DNA of 64,000 bases from an uncultured delta proteobacterium (GTDB taxonomy: Bacteria > Desulfobacterota > Binatia > UBA9968), in the NCBI GenBank assembly GCA_963755715.1, contig CAVWLW010000059.1:32001-96000 (forward strand), in the 5' to 3' direction. Below, one piece after another: positions 30,849-41,244 of this stretch. The position numbers and the translations under genes were made by a program. Under the pieces are notes generated by a model. It saw nothing but the letters and a program-made list of their open reading frames with translations. It ran no database searches and had not been told where the DNA came from. The number at the start of each line of letters is the position of its first letter. Position 1 is the first letter of the stretch.

Positions 30849-31832
30849 CTATTGCCTTCTTCCCAACTCTTTCAACGCTTCCTCCACATAGCTATGATCG
30901 ACATATTTTGCCGGCGCCGGCAGCGCGCCGCCTTTGAACAGACCTCGTTCAGCCGAGATTTGGATCACCGTGCGGATGCCCTCCACGTTGGACTCACCGT
31001 TGGGATTCCAGATTTTGTTTTCCGTGTAATATTCCCAGCCGCGCCGCGCCTGCTCGGGTTTGAGTTTCATCTCCTTCGAGAGAAACTCGATGGTCGGCTC
31101 TTTGTTGTCGTGCATCGAGCGCATGGCGAGCACCAGACCTTTCATGAAACGCACCAAGAGCGGTCGGTTCTTTTCCGCCCAGGAACGCTTCACTGTGACA
31201 TCGGTCAACTGATAGTTCGGAATGAAATCGACGACCTTGGCGATGACCGGATAGCCCATCTGCGCCGCTTCGTAGTTGAGCGGCACGGCGATGATCGCGG
31301 CGTCGATCCGGCCCGAAGTCAGAGATAAGAATGCCTGGGCCGAGCCGCCGACGTTGATCAGATTATAATCCTTTGGATACTCCATCCCCTTCGCCCGCAA
31401 CACGCGTCGCAACACGAACGCAGTGCCCGAAGTCAACCCCGATGAACCGATATTGGCGCCGCGTAGATCCTCGAAGCTTTTAAACTTTTTTCCGCCCATG
31501 ATGTAGTGCGTCAGTCCGTTGATCACGCCTCCGATAGTCGCGAGATCCGCCCCTTGTTCGACCGCGGCGATTACGGTGTCGACGCCCCCACTGGAGACGT
31601 ATACAGAGCCCCCCATCAAAGCCATCGTCGACTTGTCCGCGCCGTTCACGAGCACGAGTTCAACATCGAGCCCTTGCTTATCGAAGAAACCGAGCTTGCT
31701 CGCCACCCAGAGCGGACTGTAGCCGAGTGTCTTCGACGACGCGCTGATCGGCAGCTTCGGTTTGTCCTGCGCGAGCGCACTGGAGGAAACGATCAGCAAC
31801 AAGACCGCGATCGATTGGATCACAAGTCGCAT
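30849..31832 (-). CDS. ABC transporter substrate-binding protein, NMT1/SsuA-like
   Basis: Signal peptide, 'PLWVASKLGFFDKQGL', 'KYVDHSY'. Confidence 0.85.
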   Translation of the reverse strand: MRLVIQSIAVLLLIVSSSALAQDKPKLPISASSKTLGYSPLWVASKLGFFDKQGLDVELVLVNGADKSTMALMGGSVYVSSGGVDTVIAAVEQGADLATIGGVINGLTHYIMGGKKFKSFEDLRGANIGSSGLTSGTAFVLRRVLRAKGMEYPKDYNLINVGGSAQAFLSLTSGRIDAAIIAVPLNYEAAQMGYPVIAKVVDFIPNYQLTDVTVKRSWAEKNRPLLVRFMKGLVLAMRSMHDNKEPTIEFLSKEMKLKPEQARRGWEYYTENKIWNPNGESNVEGIRTVIQISAERGLFKGGALPAPAKYVDHSYVEEALKELGRRQ

Positions 31833-31854
31833 CGGTCTTATCGTCCTATGCTCA

Positions 31855-32937
31855 CTACTTTTGCGCCTCATCCACGTATTTGCGTACGAAGTCGATGACC
31901 TCGGCGGGAGCGCGCAACACTTTTTCACGAAGTCTTTCCCCATCCTCGCCTGTCTCAAAGCGTGGCTGGAACTTCATCACCTTTTTCGCTTCGCCGATAA
32001 AGTCTTCGTCTTTCGCAAGCGAAGCGAATGCCTGGCGCATCGCATCAATCGCCGCGGGCGGCGAGCTCGGCGGCAGCAACGCCACCCGATTCATGTTCTG
32101 GCTTGCCATATTCGCCGCTTTAAGCGCTTCGTATTTGATCCCAGACGGCGCTTTGCCGAAGATCTGCGTATAGACCTCGGTGAATGAGCTCAGCTCGGGA
32201 TAATCGGGGCTTTTCCTCATGGTTCCCTCCGGGCTGATCAGATCGTGATAGTAGAGCGGCGTGACAATGCCGGTCTTGACCAGTTGCGGCTCGACGACGC
32301 CGCGGTAACCGGGAATATTTTCGTCGTGATATTGAATTTCGTTGCGCTGCACGGCGAGGCGGGCATCATTGCTGCTGTTGTAACCGGTGACGTAGTCGTA
32401 CTTGACGCCGAGCACGTCGAACGCCAAGCGAAAGCGCAAGTCTTTGTTGCTGTCGTAGGACAAGCCGCCGGCTCGGAAACGTTCGGCTTTGGCGATATCG
32501 GTCGGCTTCTTAATGCCGGGAGGAACATCGGCGCGGATGTAACAGACCGTGACACCTTGCACCGACGCGATGAACGGGACTTTCATCAAATCGATGCGCA
32601 ACGACGGGCTCTTCATCATTTGATGATTATAAGGACCGGTAAAATAACCCAGCGTAAGCGCGTCGCGCTTCGCCGCTTCGCCCAGAAAATTGATGCCCGT
32701 CACGCCGCCGGCTCCCGCCATGTTCTGCACGATCACCGCCGGGTTGCCGGCAATATGTTTGGCCAAGTGCCGCGCCACGATCCGGCCTTCGATGTCGGTC
32801 GGGCCGCCCGCCGCGAAGTTAATCAGGAAGATCACGTTCTTGCCCTGATAAAACGGTCTCTCCGCGGCGACCGCGCAAGTCGCCGTGACAATCACATTCG
32901 AAAGGAACATTAGAAAAATCCGGCGCACCGATTTCAT
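31855..32937 (-). CDS. Divergent TctC/Bug-family substrate-binding protein
   Basis: 'FYQGKNV', 'AGGPTD', 'HIAGNPAVIVQNMAGAGG'. Confidence 0.8.
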   Translation of the reverse strand: MKSVRRIFLMFLSNVIVTATCAVAAERPFYQGKNVIFLINFAAGGPTDIEGRIVARHLAKHIAGNPAVIVQNMAGAGGVTGINFLGEAAKRDALTLGYFTGPYNHQMMKSPSLRIDLMKVPFIASVQGVTVCYIRADVPPGIKKPTDIAKAERFRAGGLSYDSNKDLRFRLAFDVLGVKYDYVTGYNSSNDARLAVQRNEIQYHDENIPGYRGVVEPQLVKTGIVTPLYYHDLISPEGTMRKSPDYPELSSFTEVYTQIFGKAPSGIKYEALKAANMASQNMNRVALLPPSSPPAAIDAMRQAFASLAKDEDFIGEAKKVMKFQPRFETGEDGERLREKVLRAPAEVIDFVRKYVDEAQK

Positions 32938-33008
32938 AATGAGTTCTCCTTTCCTCTGCGTTCCATACGACCGACAATGAGGGATATAACCCTCATTGAT
33001 TTTTTCTG

Positions 33009-34529
33009 TTACCCGATCTCGGCCAATATTAATTCCTTAAGCTTGACCTTATTCACTTTGCCCACTTCGGTATGCGGCAGAGAAGACCGAAACTCCACCG
33101 ACTTCGGCACCTTGTAAGCGGAAAGCCGTTCTTTACAAAATGCTAGCAACTCTTCGGCGCCGAGCGCAGCATCGGGCTTGAGAACCACGACCGCTTTCAC
33201 CGCTTCACCCCACTGCGGATCGGGAACGCCGATGACCGCCGCTTCGAGAATCGCCGGATGGCTATAGATGACGCTCTCGATCTCTAGCGGATAGATGCTG
33301 ATGCCGCCGCTTTTGACCATGTCCTTTTTGCGCCCGGCGACAAAAAGATATCCCTCCTCATCGAAGTAACCGAGATCGCCGGTGTAAAACCAGCCGTCGC
33401 GAAAAGACGCGTCGGTCGCCTCCGGGTTTTTATAATAGCCGTGCGTCGCCAGCGGGCTCTGACAGATGATCTCGCCGACCTCGCCGACTTTTACCGGCCG
33501 ATTGTCCTCATCGACGATGCGCAGATCGACGCACCAGACCGGCCGGCCGGCGGCGTTGGGCTTGCTCGCCATGTCGCCGGGTTTCGAAATCGCCATCTGG
33601 CCTGAATCCGTCGAAGCGTAGGTGCGGTAAATATTCGGCGTAATCTTCCGCTTTAAATCTTCCAGCACGCTCGGATGAACCTTGCCGCCCGTGATCGCGA
33701 GGCAGCGCAGCGAAGCGGTGTCGTAGTTTTTCGCTTCCAAAGCGTGCAGCATGCGCTCGCACATGGTCGGCACCGCGCCAATGTAGGTTACTTTCTCGCG
33801 TTCGATGGTCCGCAATACTTCCTCGGCGTCGAAACGCTCGTGCAAGATCATCGTGCCGCCAAAGTAAATGATTCCGAGCGTAAACGAGCGCCCGGCATTG
33901 AAATAGATCGGCGATGAAAGAATCGCGATATCGTGCGCGCCGAGCCCCTTCTCGATGGCGTTGTTGATGCAGTGGAAAACAAACGTCCGTTGCGTCGTCA
34001 GACAGCCTTTGGGAAATCCCGTGGTTCCCGACGTGAGCATGACCGCAAATGGATCGTCTTCGCTCACATCAACGTCGGGCTCATCCGAACTCTGGCCGGT
34101 GAGAAGCCCGCCATAAGTTCGGTCGGACGACAGCGACAGTGGTTTGAGAAAACCCAGATCCTTGAGTTCTTTGGCCTTGGCGAATTCGCCGGCACAGTCT
34201 TCCTGAAGAATGATGAATCGCGGCTCGAAGGCTGAAACCACCGACGCGAGTTCGAGCGCCTTCCATTTAACGTCGAGTGGAATCGCGAGTGCGCCGATCT
34301 TCGCGGTCGCGAAAATAATCTCCAGATGCTCGATCCGATTGCCCACCGACAACGCCACGCCGTCGCCCTTGCGCACGCCGAGCGCTAGGAGACCGTGCGC
34401 CAGCTGATTCACGCGCGCGTTTAGCTCGCCGTAAGTAATTTGCCCCGACCGATCTTTAGCCGCGATCTTGAGTGGAAATTTCCAAGCATTGCGCCGCAAG
34501 CCGTCGCCCATGAGCATCTGAGAATCCAT
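33009..34529 (-). CDS. AMP-dependent acyl-CoA synthetase/ligase
   Basis: 'TSGTTGFPKG', 'GWFYTGDLG', 'GRKKDMVKSGG', 'YKVPKSV'. Confidence 0.92.
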   Translation of the reverse strand: MDSQMLMGDGLRRNAWKFPLKIAAKDRSGQITYGELNARVNQLAHGLLALGVRKGDGVALSVGNRIEHLEIIFATAKIGALAIPLDVKWKALELASVVSAFEPRFIILQEDCAGEFAKAKELKDLGFLKPLSLSSDRTYGGLLTGQSSDEPDVDVSEDDPFAVMLTSGTTGFPKGCLTTQRTFVFHCINNAIEKGLGAHDIAILSSPIYFNAGRSFTLGIIYFGGTMILHERFDAEEVLRTIEREKVTYIGAVPTMCERMLHALEAKNYDTASLRCLAITGGKVHPSVLEDLKRKITPNIYRTYASTDSGQMAISKPGDMASKPNAAGRPVWCVDLRIVDEDNRPVKVGEVGEIICQSPLATHGYYKNPEATDASFRDGWFYTGDLGYFDEEGYLFVAGRKKDMVKSGGISIYPLEIESVIYSHPAILEAAVIGVPDPQWGEAVKAVVVLKPDAALGAEELLAFCKERLSAYKVPKSVEFRSSLPHTEVGKVNKVKLKELILAEIG

Positions 34530-34642
34530 TTTGGATTTTAGATTTTGGATTTTCGATTATAGGAGAACACCGGACACCGATTGGATTCTGACCTGCCATT
34601 CCTATGCCGACAATCCAAAATCCAAAATCGGCAATCCAAAAT
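34528..34642. repeat. Heptamer inverted-repeat hairpin (ATTTTGG/CCAAAAT units)
   Basis: attttggattttagattttggattttcgatt...aatccaaaatccaaaatcggcaatccaaaat; overlaps the ligase start codon. Confidence 0.8.
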
Positions 34643-34644
34643 TT

Positions 34645-35460
34645 CTATCTTCCTTTCCAATCCGCCGACCGTTTTTCGACAAAGGCGCGCGGTCCCTCTT
34701 TGGCGTCTTCGGTCTGCATCACCATGCTCTGGAGATCGGACTCATACCGCAGTCCCTGTTCGAGAGTCATCTCGCTGCCTTTATAGATCGCTTCTTTTAT
34801 GTAGCGCAGCGCGAGCGGCGCGCCCTTTAAAAACGATGCCGCCATTTTCTCGCCGGCGGGAATCAATTGATCGTAGGGCACGAGTTGGTTCACCAAGCCG
34901 ATGCGATGACACTCCGCAGCGTCGTAAAGTTCGCCGGAAAGGCAAATCTCCAATGCCTTTGGAATGCCGACCAGCCGCGGCAGGCGTTGCGTTCCACCCG
35001 AACCCGCCATGAAACCAAGCCGCACTTCACTGACCCCAAGTCGTGCGCCTTCTGCCGCGATGCGGATATCGCACGCCAAACTCATCAATAAACCGGTGCC
35101 GACCGTGTAGCCGTGCAGCAGCGCAATCGTGATCTTGTTCATCGCCGCAATCGCCGGCGCCGGAGTGCCGGGAATTCCCGAGTGCTTCGCCTGCCGCTGC
35201 ACCAACGGCGATTCCGCTTGCTCGACGGCCATAGCATTCTGCCGCGCCCGATCCTTGATATCGCCGCCAACGGAAAATGCCCGCTCGCCATTGGCCTTGA
35301 ATATCACGACCTGCACCGTTGGATCTTCTTCGGCCTCGCGGCAAAATCCAACAACCGCTTTCACCATGTCGCGGTTCACCGCGTTCAACGACTCGGGACG
35401 GTTGAGCGTGATCCATGCGATCTTATCTTTGACTTCGTAGAGAACTTTTTCGTCTGCCAT
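34645..35460 (-). CDS. Enoyl-CoA hydratase/isomerase family protein
   Basis: 'ITLNRPESLNA', 'LACDIRIAA', 'GGTQRLPRLVG', 'EGPRAFVEKR'. Confidence 0.9.
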   Translation of the reverse strand: MADEKVLYEVKDKIAWITLNRPESLNAVNRDMVKAVVGFCREAEEDPTVQVVIFKANGERAFSVGGDIKDRARQNAMAVEQAESPLVQRQAKHSGIPGTPAPAIAAMNKITIALLHGYTVGTGLLMSLACDIRIAAEGARLGVSEVRLGFMAGSGGTQRLPRLVGIPKALEICLSGELYDAAECHRIGLVNQLVPYDQLIPAGEKMAASFLKGAPLALRYIKEAIYKGSEMTLEQGLRYESDLQSMVMQTEDAKEGPRAFVEKRSADWKGR

Positions 35461-35562
35461 TCGCTTTTCCCTGCATCTGATTTTGTGAATTATTGGATAA
35501 GAATTAGGGTCGCAATCTTGCGCGCATGAGTCTTGATTCCGATTCCGACAATTAAGGTTTCT

Positions 35563-35808
35563 TTACCCTACCTTGCGTACCTTCCGAGCTTTGATCATTC
35601 CATCAATAGAAAGATCTTCATCTAACTCCGGCCAGTGAATTCCATATCCCGACGGGGACAGCTCGAAATTTTCCTTCGTGCGCTGGTCTGCTGCCGCGAG
35701 CTTTTTGGAATGTTGCCGTAGATCAATCTCGTATTCCCGGCCGTCAACGTTAACAGAAGGTACTGATTTTCAAAGCGCACATTGTTTTACGTGATGATAT
35801 TTTTTCAT
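35563..35808 (-). pseudogene. DUF2442 protein (putative antitoxin), frameshifted in the 5' part
   Basis: Minus strand 'FELSPSGYGIHWPELDEDLSIDGM'; ATG overlaps the DUF4160 stop. Confidence 0.75.
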
Positions 35809-36059
35809 CGTTTCTTCTCCGCAAATTTGTCCCACTCCCTTTCGATATATTCAAAATACTCAAAAATTATCCTTTTGACATCCCTTTTGTCCTTTCCGGT
35901 CATTCGATAACTAAAAGCCTCCTGCACATCAAAGTTTCCCCGGTCTAGCCAATATTTACATTCCTTCTCGGCTTTTCGACAATGGATATGAATCGGCTCG
36001 TTCGCCTCGTTAGCATAGAAAAAGAAGCGCCAGCCATGGATTAGAAGTATTGTTGGCAA
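35805..36059 (-). CDS. DUF4160 protein (putative toxin)
   Basis: 'MPTILLIHGWRFFFYANEANEPIHIHC'; low GC. Confidence 0.85.
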   Translation of the reverse strand: MPTILLIHGWRFFFYANEANEPIHIHCRKAEKECKYWLDRGNFDVQEAFSYRMTGKDKRDVKRIIFEYFEYIEREWDKFAEKKR

Positions 36060-36080
36060 AACCTTTTTCTCGCTTACAGG

Positions 36081-37077
36081 TTACTTGATCACTTTATCGG
36101 CCCGATACAGCATCGTCTGCGGAATCGTCAAGCCGATCTGCTTCGCCGTCTTGAGATTGATCACCAACTCGAATTTCGTCGGCTGCTCGACCGGAAGATC
36201 GGCCGGCTTGGCTCCCTTCAGGATTTTGTCCACGTAGATAGGCGACGCGCCGGTAGCTGTCCGCGAGGTCCGCCCCGTAGTACATGAGCCCGCCGGCATC
36301 CACAGCTTCTCTGTTGGCATACGTCGACGGTAACCGGCTCTTTAACGCAAAGCCCGCGATCCGTTTTCCGTTAGCACGCATTAGCGGGCCCCCGGCCACG
36401 TAGAGTCCATCCGGGCGCTGCTTGCTTAGCGCAGCAAATACCTTCTCGAAATCGTCCGCAGCTCGTACCTCCCAAGGCTGAATAGTCAACCCCAGCGCAC
36501 GCGCCGCGACAGGGAGAACCTCTTTCACCTCGAGTACACTGGCCGGAGTGGCCGGATCGTAGAGAACCGCGACACGGGCAAGTTTGGGAACGGCTTCTTT
36601 GAGCAGCTCCAGCCGCTTCCCGCCTAGTTCTCTGGAAAGGATTGTAAGGCCGGTGACGTTGCCGCCGGGACGGGCAAGGCTTTCAACCAGGCCTGCCTCG
36701 ACAGGATCGGCCCCACCGCCCGCCATAACGATGGGAATCGTCTTGGTCGCATTCTTGGCCGCCTGGATCTCCGATCCCCTCCTGCTACCACGATGATATC
36801 AACCTTGAGACGCACCAGCTCGGCCGCAAGCTCAGGGACCCGATCGAGCTTCCCCTCCGCATATCGGTACTCGGTGGCGATGTTCTGTCCTTCTATGTAG
36901 CCAAGCTCGCGCAGAGCCAGCCGAATTGCCTCGGAACGGGTGGACTCACCAGCTGGGTCGCGCGACGATAGATACCCTATCCGAGGGACCTTCTTCGGCT
37001 GCTGGGCCTCGGCGACGTTGAAAACACGCCAGGATACTAGAGCAGACGAGCACGACCATTTTGATTTTATTCTTCAT
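36081..37077 (-). pseudogene. COG2984/ABC_sub_bind substrate-binding protein, multiply frameshifted
   Basis: 'LRELGYIEGQN', 'DPVEAGLVESLARPGGNVTG', '[31 protein letters not shown]' spread over several frames. Confidence 0.85.
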
Positions 37078-37176
37078 GACCGGCCGATTTGTAATCTGTT
37101 GTCCTTGCCCCGAATCCGAAAGAAGGCCGCAGCGTGCTAGCGTCCCTACTAATGCCTATTGCCTGATGCCTGTTGC

Positions 37177-37972
37177 CTATTTTCCCTTCCACACCGGCGC
37201 GCGTTTCTCGGCGAACGCGCGGGGACCTTCCTTGGCATCTTCGGTGCTGCCGATCAATGACGAGAGATCGGCTTCCAGCCGCAATCCTTCTTCGAGCGGC
37301 AGCTCGACGCCTTTCTTGATCGCTTCTTTGATAAACATCACCGACGTCGGCGCGCCCTTTAGTATGCGACCGGCCAGTTCTTCAGCAGCTTTAATCACAT
37401 CGGCCGAAGCAACGGCATTGTTCACCAGGCCCAGCGATTTTGCTTCGAGGCCGCTCACGGTGTCGCCGGTAAGGCACATTTCCATCGCCTTGGTCACGCC
37501 CACCGCGCGCGTCAAGTCGCTGCGTGCCGCCGGCGCCGGGGATGATGCCGCGCCGCACTTCGGTCAGTCCCAGTTTGGCATCTTCCGCCGCCACGCGCAG
37601 ATCGCAGGCCAGCGCGAATTCCAATCCGCCGCCAACGCAATAGCCACGGATCGCGGCGATGGTAGGCTTGGTGATCGCCGCCACCGCGCGCGCCTGGGTA
37701 TATATCTTGTTGGTCAATTTCTGCTGACGCCGCTCGATGGGCGAGAACACCGTCGCGGCCCGCTCCTTTAAGTCCATCCCGGCCGAAAATGCCTTGTCAC
37801 CCGCGCCGGTGAAGATCGCGATGCGCACATCGGCGTCCTCTTCGATCTGCCGGCAGGCTTCGATGAGATCTTGCGTCATCTGCCGGTTCATCGCATTCAT
37901 GGCTTCCGGCCTATTAAAAGTCACGAACGCAATTTGTTTGCGGACGTCAAACAGAATTGTCTGGTAATCCAT
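37177..37972 (-). CDS. Enoyl-CoA hydratase/isomerase, frameshifted near 37515
   Basis: 'FSAGMDLKE', 'GGGLEFALACD', 'PGAGGTQRL' continuing into 'TRAVG...EGPRAFAEKR' in another frame. Confidence 0.85.
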
Positions 37973-38173
37973 TGTCTCCTACCTCTTTGTTGGTCCCTAA
38001 AGTTCCAGACGTTCAAGCTGTTCAATTGCTGAGCGGACCCTGCCCTGAGCGCAGCCGAACGGGTCAAGCCCCCTCTTTGATCCTCCCCCCGCTTCCGTGG
38101 GTGAGAAAACTATACTCCGAGCCGAATGGACCGAGGAGTTGAACGATTTGAACGGCTTGAACGAGTTAATCTA

Positions 38174-39167
38174 TTACCGTCCCTTAGCTTTCCTTTCCTG
38201 CGCCAGTTGCTCGAGAAAAGATAAATCTAGCAACTCGCTCGCGTTCAATTTCATCCCCGACAGGTTCTTGTCGTTTGCGATAACGTTTTCCAGCGCTTTG
38301 ACCGTAATCAGCGGCAAGCCCGGCGTCACCTGGCTGTAGGTCCGCCGGGTTTCTTCCAGCTCTTCGGCATTGTTGGATCGGTAATATTCGCCGAGAAATT
38401 TGATGACGCGGTCTTTATTTTTTTCGTCGCGGTAATAATCCATGCCGTCCGCCAGCCCGCGCATGAAGTTCATGACCGTCTCTCTCTCCGCCCGGATGAA
38501 GGACCGCATGGTGACCGGTCCGGCAACCGTGTATTCAAAATCTTCTTTGGAAAAATCGATAAACGTAGGGTAACCCGCTTTGCGCGCCTTTAAGGTGAAC
38601 GGAGATTGAAACACGCTGGCTTGAACCTGTCCGGTGGTGAGCGCGGTCCAACGGTCTCCCTGTCCGCCAATGCCGACGATCTGCACGTCTTTATCAGGAT
38701 TGAGCCCAAGCCGTCGCACCGCCACCCGCGCAATGAAATCCGTGCTCGATCCGATCTGGCTGACCCCGATTCTCTTCCCCTTGAGATCCTCCGGTCTCTT
38801 AATCGAAGGATGAGCCGCCAGAACATAATCCAGACGGTTGCCGACTGCGCCGATAAATTGAAACTCCTTGGCGCCTTGCGCCCAGGCGGCTACTACAGTG
38901 GAAGCGCCTTGCAGCTGTAAAGGCAGGTCACCGGAAAGCGCCGCTTGGATTCCCATCAGCCCGCCCCTGATGTAAATCGGTTCGAGCTTCAAGCCGTGCT
39001 TTTCAAACGAACCCGAGCGGTACGCAACCCAGAAGTAACTGGAAGAACCGCCCAGGGGGTAGCCAACTTTGATCTCGCGGAGGGGTTTGGATTGGGAAAC
39101 ACAAGCGCGGGGAGCAAACGAATTGAAAACATACAAACGTTATCAGTAGTCGGGCACTTGTTTTCAT
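38174..39167 (-). CDS. ABC transporter substrate-binding protein, NMT1/SsuA-like; probable frameshift in the signal peptide
   Basis: 'IKVGYP', 'DLKGKRIGVSQIGSSTD'; ATG 39167 with a GGAG RBS is out of frame with the body. Confidence 0.8.
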
Positions 39168-39220
39168 ACGCGAAATCTCCTTGTGACTAGAGTCCTTTGC
39201 TCGGAGTCATTCTTCTTTAA

Positions 39221-39659
39221 CCCTCGCCCTTTTAGGGAGAGGGAAGGGTGAGGGTTGCTCAATAGCCTGACTAATTTTGCTCTAGAACTCGCGTCCGCTA
39301 TGATGTCAGCACTTCGTGATCCCAAAAACGAACCACACGATACCCCTCTGCTTCAAGGAAACGCAGTTCTACGCTTGATCAGATTGCAGGTATGCTCCGC
39401 GTGCTGTCCGCCATCAAGCTCAATAACCAGATCCACGATCAGGACAACAGAAGTCGAGCTATGTACGGTCCAATGGGATGCTGGCGGCGAAATTTAACCC
39501 CACTAATTTGTCGACGCCCGTAAGCGCAACCAAAGTTTGGTTTCTGACGTCAGTTTGTTGCACGGCGTAATTGACGCGCTCTATCTCGCAGTTTCTGTCG
39601 TGCCAGTTCCATTGTAACTGACCCTCACCCTAACCCTCTCCCGCAAGCGGGCGAGGGAA
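39221..39659 (-). mobile_element. DUF559 endonuclease gene (frameshifted, ATG 39612) inside terminal inverted hairpin repeats
   Basis: 'RDRARQLR', 'ETKLW', 'IELDGGQHA', 'GYRVVRF'; ends ccctcgcccttttagggagagggaagggtgagggt and accctcaccctaaccctctcccgcaagcgggcgaggg. Confidence 0.7.
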
Positions 39660-39722
39660 CTCGACAAGCGAATTTTTCTGACTTCCGACCTTTGATCTCT
39701 AACCTCTGATCACTGACCTCTG

Positions 39723-40720
39723 TCATTTGATCAGCCGACTCGCCCGCGCGAGCACGTCCGGCGGAATCGTCACACCGATTTGCTTTGCCGTCTTGAGATT
39801 GATCACCAACTCAAACTTCGTCGGCTGCTCCACCGGCAGATCAGCAGGCTTGGCTCCCTTCAGGATTCTGTCCACGTAATATGCGACGCGCCGGTAGCTG
39901 TCCGATTCGTCCGCCCCGTAGTACAAGAAGCCCGCCGGCATCTAAAGTTTCCTCTGGTGTAGCACATCGACGGTAACCGGCTCTTTAACGCAAAGCTGCG
40001 ATCCGTTTTCTGGTTAGTATTCATTAGCGGGCTCCCCGAATACGAAGAGTCCATCCGGGCGCTGCTTATTTAGCGCAGCGAATACCTTGTCGAAATCGTC
40101 CGCAGCTCGTACCTCCCAAGACTGAATAGTCAACCCCAGCGCACGCGCCGCGACTGGGAGAACCTCTTTCACCTCGAGGACACTGCCCGGATTGGCCGGA
40201 TCGTAGAGAACCGCGACACGGGCAAGTTTGGGAACCGCTTCTTTGAGCAGCTCCAGCCGCTTCCCGGCTAGTTCTCTGGAAAGGTTTGTAAGGCCGGTGA
40301 CATTGCCGCCGGGACGGGCAAGGCTTTCAACCAGGCCTGCCTCGACAGGATCGGCCCCAACGCCCGCCATAACGATGGGAATCGTCTTGGTCGCATTCTT
40401 GGCCGCCCGGATCAGCCCGGTCCCCTCCTGCTGCCAGGATGATATCAACCTTGAGACGCACGAGCTCGGCGGCAAGCTCAGGGAGCCGATCGCGCTTCCC
40501 CTCCGCATATCGGTACTCGATGGCGATGTTCTGTCCTTCTATATAGCCAAGCTCGCGCAGAGCCAGCCGAATTCCCTCGGCACGGGCGGACTCACTAGCT
40601 GGCGTCGCCCGACGCTAGATACCCTATCCGCGGGACTTTCTTCGGCTGCTGCGCGGCGGCGGGAGAGCTATGAGCAAAGAGTAGAGCGCATAGAGCAAGA
40701 CCAGTGATTTTTTTGTGCAT
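39723..40720 (-). pseudogene. Second COG2984/ABC_sub_bind substrate-binding protein, multiply frameshifted
   Basis: Core nearly identical at DNA level to 36081-37077. Confidence 0.85.
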
Positions 40721-40797
40721 TGAGTTTCCGTCACTCTGACCGTCCCAGCGGGAGAGGGAATAAATCAAAAACCTGGAAGCGGTTCATTTCCCTGTCT

Positions 40798-41175
40798 TTA
40801 CCCTCGCCCTTTTAGGGAGAGGGAAGGGTGAGGGTCGACACAACACTTGCTAATCTCTTCCAACACATCGTCCAATTGCGTCATCACCTGATTATTCCAA
40901 AAGCGCAACACGCGATACCCGCGCGATTCCAGGAAATATGTTCGGATTTGATCAGCCGCGCCTTGTTCTGCGTGCTGTCCACCATCGAGTTCGACAATTA
41001 AGCGCAGAGTGGGGCAACAGAAATCGACAATATACGAACCGATCGGATGCTGACGCCGGAACTTAGCGCCAAACACTTGCCGGTCTCGTAAACGTCGCCA
41101 AAGTTTGGCTTCGACATCGGTTTGGTTACTTCGCAATTCCCGGGCGCGATTTTTCAATTCTTGCGAAACGGGCAT
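40798..41175 (-). CDS. DUF559 / Vsr-like PD-(D/E)XK endonuclease domain protein
   Basis: 'RARELRSNQTDVEAKLWRRLR', 'KFRRQHPIGSYIVDF', 'VELDGGQH', 'GYRVLRFWN'; bracketed by repeats 40801-40835 and 41176-41214. Confidence 0.88.
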   Translation of the reverse strand: MPVSQELKNRARELRSNQTDVEAKLWRRLRDRQVFGAKFRRQHPIGSYIVDFCCPTLRLIVELDGGQHAEQGAADQIRTYFLESRGYRVLRFWNNQVMTQLDDVLEEISKCCVDPHPSLSLKGRG

Positions 41176-41244
41176 ACCCTCACCCTTTCCCTCTCCCGCA
41201 AGCGGGCGAGGGAATAAGAACAAATTCAATCGCTCCCCTATACA

